NCBI GenBank assembly: GCA_049303675.1
Contig: JBAQNJ010000001.1
Location: forward strand, 71,494 to 135,493
Direction of reading: 5' to 3'
Length of the DNA: 64,000 nt
Origin: Microgenomates group bacterium
GTDB taxonomy: Bacteria > Patescibacteriota > Microgenomatia > UBA12405
The notes beneath the pieces were generated by a model that was given only the letters and a program-made list of their open reading frames with translations, did no database searches and was not told the DNA's origin. The translations under genes and the position numbers were made by a program. This document shows positions 54,866 to 64,000 of this stretch, piece after piece (within the stretch, counting starts at the first letter, position 1; each line of letters opens with the position of its first letter).

Positions 54866-55981
54866 GTGATAAACACCAAAGATATTATCCAAAGCTCAGC
54901 CCCTACGGCCAACATCGCCGTCAACAGCACCCCTATTGTCTCTGCCCCCCGCTCCACTTCTCCCCCCACTCCGACTTCAACCCATTCCCCCCCCGAATTC
55001 GACTACGATATCCGTCGACCTTTGGCCATTGGGATTCTCCTCTGGTTAATCGCCGTCGATTTTATCTACAAAATTATTTCCTCTGGTCTTGCTGTGATTA
55101 CTCTTACCGCCACCTTTAGGGCCAATCATGCCCTAGGTCACCTCTTTGAAATGTCTCCGTTACTTTGTTTTTCCACTCTTTTTTTTGCCATACTTACCAT
55201 ATTTATTTTGTTTGTTATTTTTAAAACGCATGGTTATTCCCGTTCCGATTATTATCTACTCTTTGGTAGTTCTCTCATAATTCCCCCAATTTATTCTCTA
55301 TTTGTTTATTTTTTACTCTCCGTCACCACTAAAACTTCGTTTTTCTTAGCCATTTTTCAAGAATCAAATCTTCTTTTTTTATTAATAGTTATTATCTTGT
55401 TTTTCTCTTCCCGCAAATTTGCCACATACTCTACCCCTTTTAGCGACAATTCCACAGTCATTTTTGCCCTACTTAGCTCCATTATCGTTTTCCCTAGTTT
55501 TTTCTTTACTTACTCACTTATCAACACCAGTCTCAATCCCGACCTAAAACTTGCCTCTATCCAATCCATCGCCGGCCATAAAATATATTCCCCTTCTACA
55601 CTCCCTCTCAACCTCCGTCCTGATACTACCTTTTATATCGATGACAAAAAGGACAATAATTTAATCAATCCCATCATCAAAATTGCCTACACTACCTCCT
55701 ATTCTACTGCTATTGCCAAACGTCCCATAGTCATGGTTAGCCAAACCAAAGTCGGTCCTCAGTTTGATTTAGACAACTACCTTACTTCTATTGCGCCCAA
55801 TTCCTCATCTGAAAATATTGTTCTAGAAAAGGCCCTCGATCAAAAAGCTATCGCCAAGAACAGTAACTTTATTACTCATCTTGGTTTTATTACTCCTGAT
55901 TTTATTCTCATTACCCTTAGCACCCCTAGTCCCGAAATTACTCTTAGCAATCTCACCACTATTGCCCAATCTCTCAATTAA
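54866..55981 (+). CDS. Polytopic integral membrane protein, hypothetical
   Basis: At least 6 hydrophobic helices are present, including 'LAIGILLWLIAVDFIYKII', 'LLCFSTLFFAILTIFILFVIF', 'LLFGSSLIIPPIYSLFVYFLL', 'LLFLLIVIILFF' and 'VIFALLSSIIVFPSFFF'. The true start may be internal. Confidence 0.55.
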   Translation: MINTKDIIQSSAPTANIAVNSTPIVSAPRSTSPPTPTSTHSPPEFDYDIRRPLAIGILLWLIAVDFIYKIISSGLAVITLTATFRANHALGHLFEMSPLLCFSTLFFAILTIFILFVIFKTHGYSRSDYYLLFGSSLIIPPIYSLFVYFLLSVTTKTSFFLAIFQESNLLFLLIVIILFFSSRKFATYSTPFSDNSTVIFALLSSIIVFPSFFFTYSLINTSLNPDLKLASIQSIAGHKIYSPSTLPLNLRPDTTFYIDDKKDNNLINPIIKIAYTTSYSTAIAKRPIVMVSQTKVGPQFDLDNYLTSIAPNSSSENIVLEKALDQKAIAKNSNFITHLGFITPDFILITLSTPSPEITLSNLTTIAQSLN

Positions 55982-56002
55982 AACCTTGTGGACTTTACAA
56001 AC

Positions 56003-57139
56003 TTATTTGTAAATAATATTTTTTTTGTCAGTGGCTACTATACCTAAGCTAATTTTTCTCTTAGGTACATCGATACTTTCAATATAGACCTGGACTTTTT
56101 GTCCCTCTTTTACTTCAGTTCCCCCTGTCAGTTTGGAGATATGAATCAGTCCCTCTACACCAGCTTCCAGTCGGACCAGTGCTCCAAACGAAGCCAATCG
56201 GACCACTACTCCTTCTACTTCCTTATCTTTGGGATACTTATCCTCAATTTTCATCCATGGATCATTGCCCAGTCTTTTGATGGAAAATTGCAATCTACCC
56301 TCAGATTTATTAATCAATTTTACCTGAATCTTATCCTTTGACTTATATCTCGAACCGACCTCATCCACCTTCTCCCATGAAATTTCTGAGATATGCACCA
56401 GACCCTCGAGGTTCAGTCGAATGTCCCCCTTCTCCAAAATTATTCGCACAAATAGGCCAAAAGGTTCTACTCGGACTACTTCAGCCTCAAACACATCATC
56501 AATTTTCAGTGCCTCCATAGCATCCACTTCCTCACCTACCTTACCAGGTTCCGATACTAGTCTCTCTGAGAAAACTAATCTATTTTTAGCTTGATCTACT
56601 TCCAGTACTTTCACTTTTACCTTTTTACCAATCATTTTGTCTGGTTCACCGTCATATTTCTTCCCAATCTGTGATCCGGGGATAAATCCAAAAAATCCAA
56701 ATGGCGCCACTACCACTGCTCCACCCCGATTAAGTTCACGGGCAAATACCGTCAATTCTCCCCCACTATTTTCTTTTTCTTTAAAATAATTCCAGCCATA
56801 GCCTGAAGCAGCCCCACGAATCGATACCAAAATTTGACCCTTGTCATTTTCAGGCTGTTTTACCTGAACTTCAATTTCATCACCTACTTTTAGATCAGCT
56901 GCATAATCTTTGACAAATTCAAACTCTTTACCTGCTACGATCGCATCAGTTTTACCCCCGATATCAATATAGACACCCTTGTTTTTAATTGCTGTTATTT
57001 TTCCCTTTACTTCCTGTCCTTTTTTAAATCCGCTCAGTGCTACCCCCTCATATTTCAAGAGATCTTCCATTGAAGTTATCTCACTACTCATTTTTTGACT
57101 TTTAACTTTTGTTTTTTTAACTTTCTCTTTCTTAGCCAT
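56003..57139 (-). CDS. rpsA: 30S ribosomal protein S1 (4 S1 domains)
   Basis: Repeated S1 folds are 'GQEVKGKITAIKNKGVYIDIGGKTDAIV', 'VAPFGFFGFIPGSQIG...GKKVKVKVLEVDQAKNRLVFS', 'VFEAEVVRVEPFGLFVRI...EGLVHISEISWEKV...KIQVKLINKSEGRLQFSIK' and 'EVEGVVVRLASFGALVRLEAGVEGLIHISKL...GQKVQVYIESIDVPKRKISLG'. Confidence 0.9.
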   Translation of the reverse strand: MAKKEKVKKTKVKSQKMSSEITSMEDLLKYEGVALSGFKKGQEVKGKITAIKNKGVYIDIGGKTDAIVAGKEFEFVKDYAADLKVGDEIEVQVKQPENDKGQILVSIRGAASGYGWNYFKEKENSGGELTVFARELNRGGAVVVAPFGFFGFIPGSQIGKKYDGEPDKMIGKKVKVKVLEVDQAKNRLVFSERLVSEPGKVGEEVDAMEALKIDDVFEAEVVRVEPFGLFVRIILEKGDIRLNLEGLVHISEISWEKVDEVGSRYKSKDKIQVKLINKSEGRLQFSIKRLGNDPWMKIEDKYPKDKEVEGVVVRLASFGALVRLEAGVEGLIHISKLTGGTEVKEGQKVQVYIESIDVPKRKISLGIVATDKKNIIYK

Positions 57140-57226
57140 ATGTTATAAAAAAAACTCCGTTTTAGTGGAGTTTATACGGGATTGGTTACCCTAAATAAAC
57201 AAATAATTTAAAACTTTAGTAGTATA

Positions 57227-57460
57227 TCACAAACTATCTTCTCTCTCAGTATAAGTCACCATCCACACGGGTGCCTTCACCTCTCCACCCCGTACCACAA
57301 AAGTTGAACTTCCTCTGGTTATCATCAGGTTTTCCATCATATCACCAATACTCATATTTTTCGTACCTCCCCATCTAAGACAATCAACTCCTCCCTTTTT
57401 GTTCATTCTCCCGATCAGATCATATGTAATTATCCTTCTAGTTTCTACAACTTCTGACAT
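57227..57460 (-). CDS. Hypothetical small protein (77 aa)
   Basis: ORF only. A further approximately 58-aa minus-strand ORF lies at about 57483-57659. Confidence 0.3.
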   Translation of the reverse strand: MSEVVETRRIITYDLIGRMNKKGGVDCLRWGGTKNMSIGDMMENLMITRGSSTFVVRGGEVKAPVWMVTYTEREDSL

Positions 57461-57715
57461 ATGCCAATTTTATCACAAAAATATCTATGGCAAAAAGCTC
57501 GCCAATATTTCCAAGTCTCGTTCTCTAATTTCAGTTTCAGTCAATTTAGTCACTTTTTTATCACCTCTCTCAACCGGACCTTTTACAGTATAAGTAATAT
57601 CTGTTCCCTCAATCACCCCTCTCATTGTATAAGTCATAGATTTTTCACCAGTTTCAGACATTCCCTATTGTACCACAATAATTTCCAATATTTAGTAAAT
57701 AACTTAATTATCAAG

Positions 57716-58198
57716 TTATCTTTTTCGATGCAATGAATTCAAATCACGACTAGAACCTAGCAGTCCACTACATATTCTTGGATAAATTTCCTCTGTATAA
57801 GCCTGTACTATCTCTTCATCTTCCATATACTCATCCACACTTCGACCGCCGACTTTTTTTGTTCTCATCCTATTTAATACCATACTAGACTCAACCAATT
57901 CATGCACCAAAGATTTTGGATTTTTAGGTGAATTTCTTGGTAGTTTTATAGCTATTATGCCATCATCACACACCACGCCCTCTGCAGTATCAGCCTCAAC
58001 CTCGAGATAGTGGTGCCAACAAGGACCATCCCGATACAACACCGAAATAGTCAGATCTGGACCATTACCACCAAATACTAAACGAGAAGTTTCACAAGCA
58101 ACCGCTCTCATTTCATCATCTGCACCCAGAGATCCTGCACTTTCCAAGTATAGTCTTACTCTGGGGTTAGGAATTAATTCCATTACTTTCATAAACAA
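57716..58198 (-). CDS. Hypothetical protein (160 aa)
   Basis: ORF only. Confidence 0.4.
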   Translation of the reverse strand: MFMKVMELIPNPRVRLYLESAGSLGADDEMRAVACETSRLVFGGNGPDLTISVLYRDGPCWHHYLEVEADTAEGVVCDDGIIAIKLPRNSPKNPKSLVHELVESSMVLNRMRTKKVGGRSVDEYMEDEEIVQAYTEEIYPRICSGLLGSSRDLNSLHRKR

Positions 58199-58233
58199 CC
58201 GAAATTATATCCTATAATTAATTATTAGTCAAC

Positions 58234-58262
58234 AAAAAATCCCCCAAAAACGGAGGATTTTT
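58234..58262 (-). terminator. Putative intrinsic terminator downstream of the 5S rRNA
   Basis: The minus strand reads AAATCCTCCG-TTTTT-GGGGGATTTTTTG, a 7-bp stem with one G.U pair followed by a T-run. Confidence 0.45.
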
Positions 58263-58338
58263 ATTTTAAACAATCTATCAAATTTTTGTTTTTCTGTTAA
58301 CTGTAACCTGTTAACCGTCAACTATTTAATTCCTCAAT

Positions 58339-58455
58339 TCCGGCCACGACTTATTTTCATAGCTCTTTGCAGAGCAACTATTGTCAGCGCTGAAACGTTT
58401 CACTTCTCTGTTCGGAATGGGAAAAGGTGGTTCCATCTCGCTCTAGTGACCGGAA
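58339..58455 (-). rRNA. rrf: 5S ribosomal RNA
   Basis: The reverse complement reads ...TTCCGGTCACTAGAGCGAGATGGAACCACCTTTTCCCATTCCGAACAGAGAAGTGAAACGTTTCAGCGCTGACAATAGTTG...GTGGCCGGAA. This matches the conserved 5S core (CCCAT(G/T)CCGAAC.CAGAAGTGAAAC). Confidence 0.85.
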
Positions 58456-58671
58456 TTCAAGAATCAAATTGTAAAAGAAAGTTTATTTAAATATATTCAA
58501 TCTTTCTTAAGTCTCCCTTGTCAAAGGGAGATTTAGAGGGATTGTAAATTGACTCCTAAATTGAGTTGCCTTGTCCTCCGTAGCTTTAGCGAAGGAGGAT
58601 CGAAATCCACTTCACCAAAACTACAAAAGACAAAAAAATATTGAGAAATTTTTGTTTAATCTTCTCTTTGG

Positions 58672-61845
<3,174 letters not shown>

Positions 61846-62122
61846 CAATATTCATCCCGACTTACGTCGGGATTTGACAACTCAATTTAGTCGTCAATTT
61901 ATATGGAAACAACCAATCTATTACTCATAGATCTCCAGTGACGGCAGTCGTTTCCATAATATATTTTTTAGAACGTTTTCCGGACAAAGGGAAAACGTCC
62001 CTTCTTTCTTTTTTCGATAGATTGTTAAAGTATGACCCCGATTTTCATCGGGACGAACCATATCTCTTTCTTTGCTCCTATCTTTGAAGATTGAAGTCTG
62101 AAGATTAATGACTGATTCTGTG

Positions 62123-62195
62123 TGGACCTGAGGGGACTCGAACCCCTGACCCCTTCATTGCAAATGAAGTGCTCTACCAACTGAGCCACAGGCCC
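62123..62195 (-). tRNA. tRNA-Ala (anticodon UGC), with no encoded CCA
   Basis: The reverse complement reads GGGCCTGTGGCTCAGTTGGTAGAGCACTTCATTTGCAATGAAGGGGTCAGGGGTTCGAGTCCCCTCAGGTCCA. It forms a cloverleaf with anticodon loop TTTGCAA and carries the G3:U70 alanine identity pair. Confidence 0.9.
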
Positions 62196-62432
62196 TCAAA
62201 ATTCAAAACCTGCTTCTAGTTGTCCTGCTCCAGCAGGTGAAAATCCATATTTAAAAGAACAAAAAAAGCCGACAGCTAAACGCTTCGGCGTGTTGGACAC
62301 ATCACAACTTTGTACTCAAATTGACGCTATTCCCTCCTTGTTACAAAGTTGTATACTGTTCCGAACAGTTTGCTTCAGCATTTAAGTGTTGATATTCTAC
62401 CTAATCCCTATTCACAAATCAATAGGTTAATT

Positions 62433-63023
62433 TTATTGATTTTTTGTCCTTTCTACGCAAATTATTGCTCCAATCTTATCTCCTTCATTCATATGTACTT
62501 TTACTTTTTCCTTATAATCTTCTACATCATGAACATAAAAAAGATGTGACCCTTCTACACCAGCATGATATGACAACACCAAAAAAGGTGGTTTAAAACC
62601 AGTTTCAGAGTTTACTTCTACAAAAGGCAATTCTTCTAGCTCCTTATATATTTTTTTAACATTTTGCACTGTTGAAGTATTAGTATGTATAGCCCTAACA
62701 TCAATCAACTTTTCATGAAGATAAGGAACTAAAAACAGTAAAGTCATTGCTAAACCTTGACCGGGAGCACCTTCTGCCCCCCCCACAAGTTCTTTTTCAA
62801 AATTTACAAAGTCATCTAGTCCTCGTCTAAATCTTTTAAATTCATCTTCTCCAAATCCACCAGGTGCAATTAAATGACTAAATGCATCTTGGATCGCGAA
62901 AAAGATACAATTATTACCATTTTTATATGGAACTGGTAAATTAATAATTTTATCAACCTTGTCTCCCCAGATAATTTTTCCGACTCCCACAATTTTATCC
63001 ATTACCATACCCCATTTTATCAT
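62433..63023 (-). CDS. Hypothetical protein (196 aa)
   Basis: ORF only. Confidence 0.4.
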   Translation of the reverse strand: MIKWGMVMDKIVGVGKIIWGDKVDKIINLPVPYKNGNNCIFFAIQDAFSHLIAPGGFGEDEFKRFRRGLDDFVNFEKELVGGAEGAPGQGLAMTLLFLVPYLHEKLIDVRAIHTNTSTVQNVKKIYKELEELPFVEVNSETGFKPPFLVLSYHAGVEGSHLFYVHDVEDYKEKVKVHMNEGDKIGAIICVERTKNQ

Positions 63024-63054
63024 TTCACCTCTTTCTGCAAATCAATAGCAGTTT

Positions 63055-63405
63055 TCAAATATGAATCTGCTCACATCTCTCAAAATCTTCACTATCAATT
63101 TTTAGGACTGCTCCCGTTATCGCATCCAGTACAAATCTTCCAGCTTCATCCGCCCCCAGAACCAGAGAATAATAGTCATGATTCAAAAAACAGGGATTAC
63201 CCTCGATTATTTTGCCGGCTACTTCTTTACCTTCAATTATTACCACTCCTCCTATTGCCTTACGAGGGTTCAGCATCACCATATCATCATTCCCCAATGA
63301 ATTCCGCCACAAATACACTGTCTCTTTAGTATTATTTACCCCATTATATTCAGCCATCAAGGGCTTCAGGCTATTTACCATTTCCACAATTTCTTGGGAT
63401 ACCAT
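63055..63405 (-). CDS. Hypothetical protein (116 aa)
   Basis: ORF only. Confidence 0.35.
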   Translation of the reverse strand: MVSQEIVEMVNSLKPLMAEYNGVNNTKETVYLWRNSLGNDDMVMLNPRKAIGGVVIIEGKEVAGKIIEGNPCFLNHDYYSLVLGADEAGRFVLDAITGAVLKIDSEDFERCEQIHI

Positions 63406-63422
63406 AACCGAATTTTATCACA

Positions 63423-63929
63423 CTAACTCCTACTTCTCATTCCCATTAACTCTTTAAATTGATTTTGTACCCACTCAATTCGTTCATTTTCTGGCATTTT
63501 TTCATTACCTGCCACCACTATCACCTGACCATGTTCAACCATCTTTTTTTCCAAAATCTCCAAATCAAACTCATTATATTTTCCCCTCATTTTCTTTAAA
63601 TATTTTTTCTTACCATCCTCAGAAGTTTTTACCTGTACTCTAATTCTTCCCCCATCTTCTCTCGAAGTCACCATCAAATCACAACCACCAGTCCGATCCT
63701 TAAATTCATCAGCCTTTATTACCCCCAATCCATCAATTGCCGACAATGCTTTCATTGCAATTTCTTCAGACTGTTTTCCAATCAAAGCATATTTTTCCAG
63801 ATTATCTTGTATTTTTCGCGGATCTTCTCCCCGTCTCATGGCATCTAACATCGCTTCCAAATGCCTATTTTCTTCTCTATTTTTAATATTATGTAATTCT
63901 TTTCTCTGATTTGGGCTATATTTACTCAT
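63423..63929 (-). CDS. Hypothetical protein (168 aa), charged and Lys/Glu-rich
   Basis: ORF only. Confidence 0.4.
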   Translation of the reverse strand: MSKYSPNQRKELHNIKNREENRHLEAMLDAMRRGEDPRKIQDNLEKYALIGKQSEEIAMKALSAIDGLGVIKADEFKDRTGGCDLMVTSREDGGRIRVQVKTSEDGKKKYLKKMRGKYNEFDLEILEKKMVEHGQVIVVAGNEKMPENERIEWVQNQFKELMGMRSRS

Positions 63930-64000
63930 TTTCGTGATTTTACCACTTCCATCACTATTGGTACTACCGATACCAGTATTATTCCCACCACCAGATAATG

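Noticed and set aside
62196-62432. rRNA operon promoter and 16S rRNA gene upstream of tRNA-Ala.
   Set aside because: No 16S sequence lies within the 1.8 kb upstream, where protein-coding ORFs occupy the minus strand, and no convincing -35/-10 pair was identifiable by eye. The operon appears to be tRNA-Ala-23S-5S, unlinked from the 16S.

Overview
This 64-kb window appears to come from a low-GC genome that is probably a CPR/Patescibacteria-like or other small-genome bacterium; that taxonomic guess is inferred from gene content and rRNA organisation and is not proven. A cell-surface gene cluster dominates the region from 0.6 to 46 kb. It contains the following elements. (1) Two small paralogous Big_1-like secreted proteins flank a 1505-aa membrane-anchored DUF2341 + 6x LamG (concanavalin-like lectin) protein. 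(2) A DUF559 endonuclease gene sits inside a cassette bounded by inverted REP/MITE-like hairpin repeats. (3) A 29.8-kb open reading frame encodes 9925 aa; this is one of the largest bacterial genes. It carries about 80 tail-fibre-like 'GNVGIGTTxPxxKLDV' modules, an embedded LamG domain, and a 4.3-kb Gly/Ala-rich tandem-repeat beta-helix-like core. Its N-terminus, consisting of tandem integrase-core-binding (SAM-like) domains and a TM helix, is split from the main ORF by a single-nucleotide frameshift in a G4T6 tract that coincides with a copy of the same REP-like element. (4) A translationally coupled 984-aa Gly-rich/FN3 protein follows. (5) A TPR protein shares with the giant protein a roughly 100-aa C-terminal domain ending in 'WWIIN', a candidate novel sorting or anchoring tag. 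(6) A four-helix-bundle protein of the 23S-rRNA-IVS-protein family follows. (7) Two tandem paralogous Wzy_C (O-antigen-ligase/O-oligosaccharyltransferase-like)-TPR membrane proteins complete the cluster. An 11-mer direct-repeat element (AATTCGTAATT x2) marks four intergenic junctions of this cluster. The remainder of the window is housekeeping. It encodes a LysM-M23 peptidase, Rho, RadA and ribosomal protein S1, together with several small hypothetical genes, two of which have identical leaderless-type promoters. It also carries a minus-strand tRNA-Ala(UGC)-23S-5S rRNA operon without a linked 16S, in which the 23S has AT-rich intervening or expansion sequences. No CRISPR array and no transposase gene were seen.
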